64,000 nucleotides of DNA from an uncultured Acidaminococcales bacterium. Its GTDB lineage: Bacteria > Bacillota > Negativicutes > Acidaminococcales > JAISLQ01. Both the position numbers and the translations under genes were made by a program. This document shows, piece by piece, positions 1 through 10,788 of this stretch (position 1 is its first letter; every line of letters starts with the position of its first letter). The stretch covers positions 2,845 through 66,844 of the forward strand of contig CAZKFG010000002.1 of NCBI GenBank assembly GCA_964551985.1, written 5' to 3'. The notes below the pieces were generated by a model. That model saw only the letters and a list, made by a program, of their open reading frames with translations. It was not told the origin of the DNA and did not search any database.

Positions 1-590
1 ATAAGTGCAATCGCTTTACTGCTTTTTGACATGTTTGTCAAAGAGCTTCTTGTAAGTATGCTATCATTAGCCATAATCGGTTTTATCTGCCACTTGTCTC
101 TTTTTATCGTCAAATAATGAGCTTTAATAACTCGACCATTTTTTCTTTTTTGATTAAGCGTATATGTTAGACCTTGTTCTATCTGGCTTTCTTCTTTTAT
201 ATCATACTCTTTTAGTATATCAACTACCAACCGCCAAGGGTTTTTTAATATAAAAGCATTGTACTGTGCTTTAGTATCTAGCATAATATCAAGAATTAAC
301 TGATCTTTATTAACTGTAAAAATTTTTGCTTGTTTAACTAGGCTGTTTGATAATATTATATTTTTTAGATTTTTATTAACTGTACCTTTGCCTAACTCTA
401 CAGCTATGCGGTCTGTAAATCCATCTTTATTTATAAGATTAATATTTTCATTAATATCGACAACTATTCGAGTTTTTTCGGCTGAATCGCTATAACGTAT
501 TTGTGTTGCTATTAAAGCTGCTTGGGCACTTGTTGCAGGGAAGATATATAAAAAGGCAAATAATATTATAGCTATTATTTTACTTTGCAT
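1..590 (-). CDS. Exported AMIN-domain / phosphodiester glycosidase (DUF2233)-like protein, N-terminal part; gene continues past the window start
   Basis: My own minus-strand translation from the ATG at 590-588. MQSKIIAIILFAFLYIFPATSAQA looks like a signal peptide. TRIVVDINENI and PWRLVVDIL look like AMIN-like strands. HYLTIKRDKWQIKPIM...SKSSKAIAL resembles the start of the DUF2233 family. The frame is open to base 1. It is absent from the ORF track because it is truncated. Confidence 0.6.
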   Translation of the reverse strand, partial: MQSKIIAIILFAFLYIFPATSAQAALIATQIRYSDSAEKTRIVVDINENINLINKDGFTDRIAVELGKGTVNKNLKNIILSNSLVKQAKIFTVNKDQLILDIMLDTKAQYNAFILKNPWRLVVDILKEYDIKEESQIEQGLTYTLNQKRKNGRVIKAHYLTIKRDKWQIKPIMANDSILTRSSLTNMSKSSKAIAL

Positions 591-614
591 TACAAAAAAG
601 ACCTTTCTTATTGA

Positions 615-646
615 TATAGACACAACTATTGTAAGTTGTGTCTATA
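615..646 (-). terminator. 13-bp perfect stem-loop downstream of the flagellar genes (probable terminator or RNA-stabilising hairpin)
   Basis: TATAGACACAACT-attgta-AGTTGTGTCTATA, 14 nt below the flgJ-like stop. The T-run in the minus orientation begins only about 15 nt after the stem, so the call is tentative. Confidence 0.45.
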
Positions 647-659
647 GTTTCAGATTATT

Positions 660-1094
660 TTATTTGTCGACACTTTTAACTCCAGGATTAGAAAGCTGTT
701 TATACAACATATCTGCAAGACCCATGCCTTTTCCTTTTGCCATTACTCTTGTTAATTCGACATCTAGCATTGATTGCATCATTTTTTCGCCACTACTTTT
801 AGGAAAGAGAGTTCTCTCGGGAATTGTATCTCGCATTTTGCCAAGCATCATATTTAAAAATACAGACTCTAATTCTTGACAAGCTTCACGCAATTTTTTC
901 TGTTCGTTTGGGTCCTTAGGGTTTGTAGAAGAGTTAAGTTCAGTTGCTTTTTCCTGTGCTTTTTTTAATTTATCGGCGAAAGCTGTGTCTTTTTGCTCTT
1001 GCATGCTAGCTTGACCTTTTATTATGTTGGCTTGACTTGTAGCAGAAGGGGTTACCTTCATACCACCAAAGCTAGAAGAAAATATATTGCTCAT
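660..1094 (-). CDS. flgJ: Flagellar rod-binding protein (FlgJ N-terminal-domain-only type, no muramidase domain)
   Basis: LREACQELESVFLNMMLGKMRDT and GMGLADMLYKQL are typical of the rod-binding (FlgJ N-terminal) family. The protein is 144 aa and sits directly after flgI. Confidence 0.8.
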   Translation of the reverse strand: MSNIFSSSFGGMKVTPSATSQANIIKGQASMQEQKDTAFADKLKKAQEKATELNSSTNPKDPNEQKKLREACQELESVFLNMMLGKMRDTIPERTLFPKSSGEKMMQSMLDVELTRVMAKGKGMGLADMLYKQLSNPGVKSVDK

Positions 1095-1103
1095 AAAGTC
1101 TCC

Positions 1104-2192
1104 TTAAATCATCTCTATTGTAGCTTGCAGTGCTCCTGCTGCTTGTATTGCTTGTAAAATAGACATTATATCACGCGGTGTCGCACCTGCTGAATTTAAT
1201 GCTGATACTACATCACTTACTTTTGCTGAAGCAGGCAAAACAATCAGGTTGACTTTGTCCTCTTTGACGTCAACATTGTTATTTTGGGTAACAACAGTGT
1301 TACCTTGTGCAAGTGGATTTGGTTGAACAACATTAACATCTTTAGTTATCGTAACCGTAAGTCCACCTTGCGATACAGCTACTTCACTTATACCAACATT
1401 GCCACCCATTACAACAGTTCCAGTCCGTTCATTTAAAACAACTTTTGCGGCTTGGTCAGGATCAACAGACAACTCTTCAATGTTAGAAATAAAGCTTACA
1501 ACATCTGATCTAGCTGAAGTTGCAATGCTCACTGTACCCGCATCATCAGCAGTTGCAATAGAGCCAAAATTAGCATTTATTCTCTCTGCTATTCTATTAG
1601 CAGTAGTAAAATCAGGATTATTTAAAGATAGTCTTATATAACCATCTGGTGATAAATTTGTTGTTGTGCCACGCTCAACTATAGCACCACTAGGAAGCAT
1701 ACCAGCTGTAGGAAAGTTTTTTTGCTGGCTAGCACCGCCACTAGAGGCAACATATCCACCTATAGAAACAGGTCCTTGCGCTACTGCATAAACTTCACCA
1801 TTAGCAGCTTGTAGCGGTGTTTGCAGTAACACTCCGCCTTGAATACTTTTAGCATCTCCCATTGAAGACACGTTTACATCAATTGTATCACCTGGTTTTG
1901 CAAAAGCAGGCAATTTTGCAGTAACCATAACTGCTGCAACATTTTTAGGTTTTACATTGTTTAAACTTACAGTAATACCAAAGTTTCTCATCATATTAAC
2001 AATGGAGTTAATTGTAAAATCACTTTTAGTAGAATCGCCTGTACCGTTTAAACCAACTATTATTCCATAACCATAAAGCTGGTTATCTCTTACACCAGCT
2101 ACTTTGGCTATATCTTTTATTCTAGCAGCTTGTACATCAAAAGGAATTGAAAAAACAAGCATTAACGTTATTATTAATGTAAATATTTTCAC
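1104..2192 (-). CDS. flgI: Flagellar P-ring protein FlgI
   Basis: Signal peptide followed by the hallmark RIKDIAKVAGVRDNQLYGYGIIVGLNGTGD. C-terminal PRDIMSILQAIQAAGAL. Confidence 0.95.
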   Translation of the reverse strand: MKIFTLIITLMLVFSIPFDVQAARIKDIAKVAGVRDNQLYGYGIIVGLNGTGDSTKSDFTINSIVNMMRNFGITVSLNNVKPKNVAAVMVTAKLPAFAKPGDTIDVNVSSMGDAKSIQGGVLLQTPLQAANGEVYAVAQGPVSIGGYVASSGGASQQKNFPTAGMLPSGAIVERGTTTNLSPDGYIRLSLNNPDFTTANRIAERINANFGSIATADDAGTVSIATSARSDVVSFISNIEELSVDPDQAAKVVLNERTGTVVMGGNVGISEVAVSQGGLTVTITKDVNVVQPNPLAQGNTVVTQNNNVDVKEDKVNLIVLPASAKVSDVVSALNSAGATPRDIMSILQAIQAAGALQATIEMI

Positions 2193-2204
2193 GTAAAACG
2201 CTCC

Positions 2205-2789
2205 TTAAAAGAGGAAATTTAATACTTGAGTCAATATTCCTTGTCTTTGTTTGCTCATTATAGGACCTTTACCTGATATAACAATTTGAGCATTAGCGAC
2301 ATATGTTGACAGCACTGTATTATTACTTGAAATATCCTCTGGTCTGACTTCGCCTGTAATTGTAATTGTTTGTAGGTCTTTATTTTGCTTTATTGACTGC
2401 GTGCCAGATAAAAGTAGATTACCGTTTGGCTGCACACCGACAATTTGCACTGTTATGTTCGCTGTAAATCTGTTAGTATTTGTAATATTACCAGATGCTT
2501 TAAAGCTGTCTGACATTTCAGCGCCATGCGCGGTTAGCCAGCCTAGCAACGAACCAGATCCCGCACCAACATTAACATTGGCATTTTTGCCATTATTTGC
2601 TGAACCACTTCTTGTAGCATTAGAATTTTCTGAAATGATTATTGTCAGAACATCGCCAACATTTCTTGCTTTAACATCTTGATATATTGAAGATCGTTTG
2701 TTTGACTGCCATAAAGACTCTGCACTACAAATTACTGGTTGAAGTGCCAGTAAGAAAGTCAATATTAGTGAAAAAATTATCTTATTCAT
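2205..2789 (-). CDS. flgH: Flagellar L-ring protein FlgH
   Basis: Signal peptide with a Cys, SLWQ...SIYQDVKARNVGDVLTIIISE, and NGNLLLSGTQSIKQNKDLQTITITGEVRPEDIS. This is the FlgH family pattern. Confidence 0.9.
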   Translation of the reverse strand: MNKIIFSLILTFLLALQPVICSAESLWQSNKRSSIYQDVKARNVGDVLTIIISENSNATRSGSANNGKNANVNVGAGSGSLLGWLTAHGAEMSDSFKASGNITNTNRFTANITVQIVGVQPNGNLLLSGTQSIKQNKDLQTITITGEVRPEDISSNNTVLSTYVANAQIVISGKGPIMSKQRQGILTQVLNFLF

Positions 2790-2806
2790 AAAAACACCAC
2801 CTAATG

Positions 2807-3532
2807 TTATCTAGTAACATTTGTTATAATAACTGTATTTTCATCAACAACCCTACCAAGCAAACCCTTGCCCGAGCTAAGATTGCGAACTCTTATGATA
2901 TCCCCAACAGCCCCACCTTGCAAGGCTTGACCATTTACTTTTACAACAACTGTGCCAGAAGTGCTGATAATAGTTATATTATCACCCGTTTTTATAAGCT
3001 GTGGTTTACCAAACATTGATTTGCTCAAAATAGTTCTTGCTGTAATTGGTCTTCTTGTTTCTAGCCCAATGATACTACTTTCATCAAAAATAGCTTCGTC
3101 AATGTTAATAATTTCTCTTCGTTCAAAAGCTATATCCGCAGCAGTAATAGTAGTTCTTGTAGGTAAATCTCTTAGCGTAACTACAACATCAGCAACTTTT
3201 TTTATCCGCCACAATGTAATCAAATTCATCTGTGGCATACTATTGACTTTTACAGATACCCTAACTTGGATAGGTACACCGTAACGTAATTTACCAACGA
3301 GTTGTGGTTGCATTTCGATAAAACCAGCTGGTAACAAAATGTTGTCAGGTAGCCTCGTTAAGCTCTCTACTACATATTCTGAACCATCACTTCTATCTAG
3401 CATATTTTCCACAAGTTCTTGTGCTGTAGCAAGAACAGACAAAGAAGGCAGTGATTGCTGGTTAACATTAGCATTAACTGTAAGCGGTGACAAAAAAATA
3501 CAAAAAACTAAAGCAAGCGCTCTAATAAACAT
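2807..3532 (-). CDS. flgA: Flagellar basal-body P-ring formation chaperone FlgA
   Basis: Signal peptide. C-terminal SAF/ChapFlgA-like segment IKTGDNITIISTSGTVVVKVNGQALQGGAVGDIIRVRNLSSGK. Its start overlaps the flgG stop by 1 nt (TAATG). Confidence 0.85.
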   Translation of the reverse strand: MFIRALALVFCIFLSPLTVNANVNQQSLPSLSVLATAQELVENMLDRSDGSEYVVESLTRLPDNILLPAGFIEMQPQLVGKLRYGVPIQVRVSVKVNSMPQMNLITLWRIKKVADVVVTLRDLPTRTTITAADIAFERREIINIDEAIFDESSIIGLETRRPITARTILSKSMFGKPQLIKTGDNITIISTSGTVVVKVNGQALQGGAVGDIIRVRNLSSGKGLLGRVVDENTVIITNVTR

Positions 3533-4323
3533 TATCGTTTTAAGCCAACAGCCGTTTGGAGCATCTCATCACTTGTTGTGATTGCTTTACCATTTATCTC
3601 ATAGGCCCTTTGACAAACAATCATATTGACCATTTCTTCAACAAGCTGCACATTAGACATTTCTAGATATCTTTGTACCAAAGTTCCTGCGCCTTCTTCT
3701 CCAGGATTGCCAACAACAGGTTGACCTGATGCTGCAGTTTCTACATATAAATTTTGTCCTAAGGCCTCAAGTCCAGCTGGGTTGATAAATCTTGCAAGTT
3801 GAATCTGACCTATTTCATCAGGTTGGTTTTGACCAGGCATAGAAACCGACACTCTGCCATCTGGTGATATTGTTATTGCAGTTGCACCTTCTGGTATTGT
3901 GATTGCAGGTTCTAAAACATAGCCATCAGAAGTAACCAATCTACCTGTCTCGTCTTTTTTAAATGAACCATCTCTAGTGTAGGCTATAGTTCCATCTGGC
4001 ATAGTTATTTGAAAAAATCCGTCTTTTTGGATACAAATATCAAGGTCATTACCAGTTTCTTGGAAAGGTCCTTGTATATAAACTCTTTGTGTTGCAGCAA
4101 CTTTTGTACCATGTCCTAAATCAATGCCTGTTGGAACCATATTGTTGTCTGCCCCAGTTGGCGCACCAGCAGTGCGCAAAGACTGATAAACTAGATCTTG
4201 AAAGTCTACACGATATTTTTTAAAACCAGTAGTATTAACGTTAGCAATATTATTAGATACAACATCTAGGTTGATTTGCTGACCTTTCATGCCTGTGCCA
4301 GCAGTCCAAAGGCTTCTCATCAT
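3532..4323 (-). CDS. flgG: Flagellar distal rod protein FlgG
   Basis: N-terminal MRSLWTAGTGMKGQQINLDVVSNNIANVNTTGFKK and C-terminal QRAYEINGKAITTSDEMLQ (Flg_bb_rod / Flg_bbr_C signatures). Confidence 0.92.
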   Translation of the reverse strand: MMRSLWTAGTGMKGQQINLDVVSNNIANVNTTGFKKYRVDFQDLVYQSLRTAGAPTGADNNMVPTGIDLGHGTKVAATQRVYIQGPFQETGNDLDICIQKDGFFQITMPDGTIAYTRDGSFKKDETGRLVTSDGYVLEPAITIPEGATAITISPDGRVSVSMPGQNQPDEIGQIQLARFINPAGLEALGQNLYVETAASGQPVVGNPGEEGAGTLVQRYLEMSNVQLVEEMVNMIVCQRAYEINGKAITTSDEMLQTAVGLKR

Positions 4324-4404
4324 AACTAAAAACTCCTTTAAAAATATTAGTCTTGTATCAGTCAGTCAACAAGACCTAAGGCTCCAAAAAAGGTCCACCT
4401 TAAA

Positions 4405-5157
4405 TTATAATCGACTCACATCATTAACTGCTTTATCATTTAGTTGGTCATGCGACTGCACGCCTTTAGAGTTAATTTCATAAGCTCTATAGCTTGCAAT
4501 AAGATTAACCATCTCTTCGATGACATTGACGTTAGATGCTTCTAAAAAACCACTATTTAATCTACCATTAAATTGTCTTAATGCTGTTTGGTTATCCAAA
4601 CGAAAAAATACCCCTTCTTCTTTGCGTAAAAACCTAGTATTTTCAACATCAACAAGTCCCAATTGCCCTATTTCTTGAGCACCATTATAAACCTGACCAT
4701 TAGCATTAATATTTATAGGTTGATTGTCCAAAACAGTTATAGGCGTACCACCAGTGCCTAGAACTGGATACCCATCAGTAGTAACGATTTGACCGTTGTT
4801 GTTTAAAGTAAAAGAACCATTGCGTGTATACCTTACACCATTTGGTGTTTGTACACTAAAATAACCCTTGCCTGCAATAGCTACATTAAGCGGATTACCA
4901 GTTTCTATCATTCCGCCCATCTGATGCACAACATAATTTTCACGCGGACCTGCGCCAGTGCCAAGATAACCAATTTTAGGTGCTGGGTTTTGACCATCGT
5001 TAATTCTCTCAATCAACATTTTTTCAAAAGGCTCACTGACATTAACATCTTTTTTATAGCCCACAGTATTACAGTTTGCCAAGTTATTAGCAATAGTATC
5101 AGTACGAACCATCTCGGTCATCATACCACTAGCAGAAGAATAAATGCCTCTATTCAA
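4405..5157 (-). CDS. flgF: Flagellar rod protein FlgF/FlgG paralog (equivalent of B. subtilis flhO/flhP)
   Basis: IYSSASGMMTEMVRTDTIANNLANCNTVGYKKD at the N-terminus and SYRAYEINSKGVQSHDQL at the C-terminus. It lies upstream of flgG. Confidence 0.8.
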   Translation of the reverse strand: MNRGIYSSASGMMTEMVRTDTIANNLANCNTVGYKKDVNVSEPFEKMLIERINDGQNPAPKIGYLGTGAGPRENYVVHQMGGMIETGNPLNVAIAGKGYFSVQTPNGVRYTRNGSFTLNNNGQIVTTDGYPVLGTGGTPITVLDNQPININANGQVYNGAQEIGQLGLVDVENTRFLRKEEGVFFRLDNQTALRQFNGRLNSGFLEASNVNVIEEMVNLIASYRAYEINSKGVQSHDQLNDKAVNDVSRL

Positions 5158-5183
5158 ATCAAATCTTCCTCTCTATAATATTA

Positions 5184-6212
5184 TTATCGAAATTTTGGCG
5201 GTTGCATTTTAGTCAAACCGTCTTTCAATTTATCTAAACTATTGAGTGCTTTTCCAGTACCGTTCGCAACACAGTTTAGTGGGTCTTGTGCAATAAATAC
5301 CGAAATTCCTGTATGTTCTGTAAGTAACAAATCAAGTCCATTTAGTAGCCCACCACCACCAGTTAAAACAATACCTTTGTCAACAATATCTGCTGCAAGT
5401 TCTGGTGGCGTTTTCTCTAAAACACCTTTAACACAATCTATAATCAATGATACCGGTTCAGACAACGCTTCCATCATTTGACTTGATGTGATTTTAATAA
5501 CTTTTGGCAGTCCAGAAATCAAATCACGACCTCTGACATCCATCTGCAAATTAAAACCCTTAGGGTGAACAGTAGCTATGTTGATTTTGATATCTTCAGC
5601 AGTTCGCTCACCAATTAAAATACTATGTTCTTTTCTAACATACTTTATTATAGCTTCATCAAGAGTATCACCAGCAACCCTAATTGAATCGCTGACAACA
5701 ATGCCTCCTAAACTTAGAACAGCTATATCCATAGTGCCGCCACCAATATCAACAACCATAGAGCCACTAGGTTCAGAAACATCAAGACCTGCTCCAAGCG
5801 CTGCGGCTAATGGTTCTTCTATTAAATACGCTTTAGAAGCACCAGCCTGCATAGCAGCCTCTAAAACAGCTCTTTTTTCAACATCAGTAACACCAGATGG
5901 TACACAAATCATAATTCTTGGTTTAAAAAGCCAACTTTTGCCAGCTACCTTTTGAATAAAATAACTAAGCATTTTCTCTGTTTTGTCGTAATCGGCAATA
6001 ACACCATCACGAAGAGGTCTTATCGCCACAATATTCCCAGGTGTTCTGCCAAGCATTCTTTTTGCTTCATTGCCCACAGCTACAATTTTACCAGTTTCTT
6101 TGTCGACAGCAACAACAGATGGAGCGTTAAGTACAATACCTTTATTTTTAATAAAAACTATAACATTAGCTGTACCTAAATCAATACCTATGTCCAAACT
6201 TGAAAACATCAA
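5184..6212 (-). CDS. mreB: Rod-shape-determining actin homolog MreB/Mbl
   Basis: DIGIDLGTANVIVF, VVDIGGGTMDIAVL and GIVLTGGGGLLNGLD are actin-fold phosphate/adenosine motifs. Its position matches mbl upstream of flhO-flhP in Bacillus. Confidence 0.92.
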   Translation of the reverse strand: MMFSSLDIGIDLGTANVIVFIKNKGIVLNAPSVVAVDKETGKIVAVGNEAKRMLGRTPGNIVAIRPLRDGVIADYDKTEKMLSYFIQKVAGKSWLFKPRIMICVPSGVTDVEKRAVLEAAMQAGASKAYLIEEPLAAALGAGLDVSEPSGSMVVDIGGGTMDIAVLSLGGIVVSDSIRVAGDTLDEAIIKYVRKEHSILIGERTAEDIKINIATVHPKGFNLQMDVRGRDLISGLPKVIKITSSQMMEALSEPVSLIIDCVKGVLEKTPPELAADIVDKGIVLTGGGGLLNGLDLLLTEHTGISVFIAQDPLNCVANGTGKALNSLDKLKDGLTKMQPPKFR

Positions 6213-6361
6213 ACAACCCTCTACTTTATCAAAATAATATACTTTTTTATTTTTACAGACACTGCCACCATTTTATTTATACATATATATTTTACACTAA
6301 AATTTGTCTTTTTCCAACAATATTTTAAATAAAATGAAAAAAACTGCATATAGTAATTGCT

Positions 6362-6404
6362 AATAAGAACAAGACACTATATTTAGTAGTGTCTTGTTCT
6401 TATT
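6362..6404 (-). terminator. 18-bp perfect hairpin downstream of the DUF3795 gene (end of the murA transcription unit)
   Basis: AATAAGAACAAGACACTA-tatttag-TAGTGTCTTGTTCTTATT, 30 nt after the stop at 6434. The A/T runs flank it asymmetrically, with the U-tract better on the plus side. Confidence 0.5.
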
Positions 6405-6433
6405 ACTTTATTTTTTACAAGTAGCAAAAAACA

Positions 6434-6694
6434 TTATTTAATTAGCCATAATTTACACTGTTCTATTCTTTTACCATTATCGCCTTGTTTTTCATCATAG
6501 GCAAATTCATTTAATATTTCACAAGCAAATTCACTACACTCTACACAATTGCTATGTTCTCTATTTTCACAACAGGACTTAACAGGGCACACATCCGCCC
6601 AAAAAGGTTTTGCAATATTAATACAACCCTTACAATCTACTTGTTCCTTGTACTCACATTGGTTGCACAAAATTCCACATCTCGATTCAATCAT
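6434..6694 (-). CDS. DUF3795-family Cys-rich (putative metal-binding) protein
   Basis: [10 protein letters not shown]...CKGC...CPVKSCC...CVECSEFAC is the cysteine pattern typical of DUF3795. Its start overlaps the murA stop (ATGA). Confidence 0.7.
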   Translation of the reverse strand: MIESRCGILCNQCEYKEQVDCKGCINIAKPFWADVCPVKSCCENREHSNCVECSEFACEILNEFAYDEKQGDNGKRIEQCKLWLIK

Positions 6695-7950
6695 ACTTTT
6701 AACCTTTTTATGTCTGCACCTAAAGTTTGCAGTTTTTCCACCAAATTTTCATATCCTCTGTCTATATGATAAATATCGTTTACTTCTGTTTGCCCTGTCG
6801 CAGCGAGAGCTGCGATTACCATAGCAGCACCTGCTCTCAAATCTGTTGCGGTCACTCTAGCACCACCTAATTGTTTTACACCTTCAACAATTGCTGTGCG
6901 ACCTTCTGTTTTAATATTAGCTCCCATACGATTGAGTTCTACAACGTGCATAAAACGATTTTCAAATACTGTCTCTGTTATCATACTTGTACCATCAGCA
7001 AGCGCTGCAAGCGCCATTATCTGTGCCTGCATATCTGTAGGAAAGCCTGGATAAGGCAAAGTTTTTATATCTATAGCTTTTGGTCTGCCTTCTGCAATTA
7101 CCCTTACACCTTTTATATCTTCTTGAATTGTTATTCCAGCTTCTTTTAGTTTGGCAATAAGCGGTTTTTGATGCTCGATTAGCACATTATCTATCCAAAC
7201 ATCACCACCAGTCATAGCAACTGCAATCATGTATGTTCCCGCTTCTATGCGATCTGGAATGACAGTGTGTGTTACACCTTTAAGCTCTGATACTCCATCT
7301 ATGCGTATTTGGGCTGTCCCAGCACCTCGCACTCTCGCGCCCATAACATTTAAATAATTGGCAAGATCAACTATCTCTGGTTCTTGAGCAGGATTTTCTA
7401 AAATTGTCTGCCCTCTTGCCATAGCTGCCGCCATCATAAGATTTTCTGTTGCACCAACGCTTGGAAAATCAAGATATATCTTTGTCCCTACAAGACCACC
7501 AACAGGCGCTGTTGCTTGTACATAACCGTTGCCCAGTTCTATGTTGGCTCCAAGCGCTTCAAAACCTTTAAGATGTATATCTATTGGTCTTGTCCCTATA
7601 GCACAACCACCAGGCAGTGAAATGCGAGCTTTGCCAAGCCTTGCAAGTAGTGGTCCCATAACCAAAAATGATGCTCTCATTTTGCGAACAAGTTCATAAG
7701 GAGCTTCATGGGATGTTATTTCACGACTGTCTATATTTAAAACATTTTTTTCTGTTATTATTGGCAATCCTAAACATGTTAAAACCTCACTTATTGTTTT
7801 TACGTCATCTAAGTGAGGGACATCTTCTAATTTACTTGGTGTAGATGGTAATATTGATGCCGCAATTATTGGTAAAACTGCATTTTTAGCACCACTTACT
7901 TTTATTGTTCCATATAGTTTTTTACCACCGGTTATTATTAGTTTTTCCAA
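6691..7950 (-). CDS. murA: UDP-N-acetylglucosamine 1-carboxyvinyltransferase MurA
   Basis: [24 protein letters not shown] at the N-terminus. Active-site loop [18 protein letters not shown]. 419 aa. Confidence 0.95.
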   Translation of the reverse strand: MEKLIITGGKKLYGTIKVSGAKNAVLPIIAASILPSTPSKLEDVPHLDDVKTISEVLTCLGLPIITEKNVLNIDSREITSHEAPYELVRKMRASFLVMGPLLARLGKARISLPGGCAIGTRPIDIHLKGFEALGANIELGNGYVQATAPVGGLVGTKIYLDFPSVGATENLMMAAAMARGQTILENPAQEPEIVDLANYLNVMGARVRGAGTAQIRIDGVSELKGVTHTVIPDRIEAGTYMIAVAMTGGDVWIDNVLIEHQKPLIAKLKEAGITIQEDIKGVRVIAEGRPKAIDIKTLPYPGFPTDMQAQIMALAALADGTSMITETVFENRFMHVVELNRMGANIKTEGRTAIVEGVKQLGGARVTATDLRAGAAMVIAALAATGQTEVNDIYHIDRGYENLVEKLQTLGADIKRLKV

Positions 7951-8048
7951 ACCAATGCCTCCTGTTGCTTGTCTTAATTATTAAGTTTAGCATTTTTTCT
8001 TTGTTGTTTACAAGTGCTTTTGGTTATTTTTTTAAGTTTACGAAAAAA

Positions 8049-8072
8049 AGCCTGCTTAAAATTAAGCAGGCT
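8049..8072 (-). terminator. Rho-independent terminator of the atp operon
   Basis: AGCCTGCTTAA-aa-TTAAGCAGGCT flanked by an A-run and a T-run, 7 nt after the atpC stop. Confidence 0.8.
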
Positions 8073-8078
8073 TTTTGG

Positions 8079-8486
8079 TTATGAACTAAATTCTACTGTT
8101 TTTATGCGACCTGTGGCTCTTTTCAAGGCAGCATTCGCTCTTGCCTGATCATATTTATTAGCCTCAGCTAAACGCTGTTCAGCTCGCTCTTTTGCTTTAT
8201 TAGCACGAGAAATATCAATATTTTCAGGCATTTCTGCTGTTGTTGCCAGAATAGTAATTTTGTTATCACGAACTTCCATAAATCCACCACTTACGCTTAC
8301 ATAGGTGTCTTTTTCGCCATCTAGTTTTAGCTTCACTGGCCACTCTAGTAGTGTACCAATCAACGGGGTATGATTTGGCAAAATGCCTATCTCTCCGTCT
8401 AGTGTGCGAACAACTACCATATTGTATTCGCCAGATAGTGTTGTACTATTTGGGGTAACAATTTCTACTTTTATTTTTTTTGCCAT
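8079..8486 (-). CDS. atpC: F1 ATP synthase epsilon subunit
   Basis: 135 aa, last gene after atpD. VEIVTP...SGEYNMVVVRTLDGEIGILPNHTPLI is the epsilon pattern. Confidence 0.9.
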   Translation of the reverse strand: MAKKIKVEIVTPNSTTLSGEYNMVVVRTLDGEIGILPNHTPLIGTLLEWPVKLKLDGEKDTYVSVSGGFMEVRDNKITILATTAEMPENIDISRANKAKERAEQRLAEANKYDQARANAALKRATGRIKTVEFSS

Positions 8487-8490
8487 GTAA

Positions 8491-9924
<1,434 letters not shown>

Positions 9925-10782
9925 CTATTTTAATGCTTCTGCTCCGCCAACAATCTCGGATATTTCGCGAGTTATGCCAGCTTGACGGATTTTGTTGTAA
10001 GATAGCGTAAGTTTTGCAATAACTTCCGATGAGTTATCTGTTGCCGCACTCATTGCAGTCATTCTTGAACCTAATTCACTTGCTGCTGATTGAATTAATG
10101 TTGCATAAATTACAGTTTCTAAATATCTAGGTATTAGCAATCCTAATGTTTGTTCTGCCGATGGTTCAAAAATATAATCTTCTTGTTTCGCTGTTTGGTC
10201 TACTTGTTGTTCCGGTGGCTCAACAGGAAGGACTTTTATTACTTCTGGAATTTGCTTTAGTGCAGAATAAAAATTTGTATAAACTATGTTGATTTCATCA
10301 AGTTCGCCAGATATGTATCTTGCCGTCATAGATCTTGCTATTTCCATAGCGTTAGTGTATTGTGGATTCTCCGAAAAACCCTCAAATGTTTCTTCTATTT
10401 TATAGTTACGCCTTGTGAAATAATCTTTGCCTTTACGCCCTAGTGTTATTAATTTGCAATCTTGGCTATTACTAATTTCTGATACTGCTAATTTTATAAC
10501 ATTAGAATTATATGAACCTGCAAGCCCTTTATCAGCTGTAACAACATAATAGCCTACATTTTTCACTTCTCTTTTTTCCAATAAAGGATGAATCACTTCT
10601 TTTTGCGCCGCAACAACATTTGCTAACATTTGTTTGATTTTTTGTGCAAAAGGTTTGCTTGATGCAGCTCGCTCTTGTGCACGACGAAGACGTGCTGCCG
10701 CAACCATTTTCATCGCTTTGGTAATATGCTGGATATTTTTAACGCTTTTAATCCTTTGCCGAATCTCGCGTGAAGTTGCCAC
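9925..10782 (-). CDS. atpG: F1 ATP synthase gamma subunit
   Basis: REIRQRIKSVKNIQHITKAMKMVAAARLRRAQ at the N-terminus and ITREISEIVGGAEAL at the C-terminus. Confidence 0.95.
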   Translation of the reverse strand: MATSREIRQRIKSVKNIQHITKAMKMVAAARLRRAQERAASSKPFAQKIKQMLANVVAAQKEVIHPLLEKREVKNVGYYVVTADKGLAGSYNSNVIKLAVSEISNSQDCKLITLGRKGKDYFTRRNYKIEETFEGFSENPQYTNAMEIARSMTARYISGELDEINIVYTNFYSALKQIPEVIKVLPVEPPEQQVDQTAKQEDYIFEPSAEQTLGLLIPRYLETVIYATLIQSAASELGSRMTAMSAATDNSSEVIAKLTLSYNKIRQAGITREISEIVGGAEALK

Positions 10783-10788
10783 AGCCTA

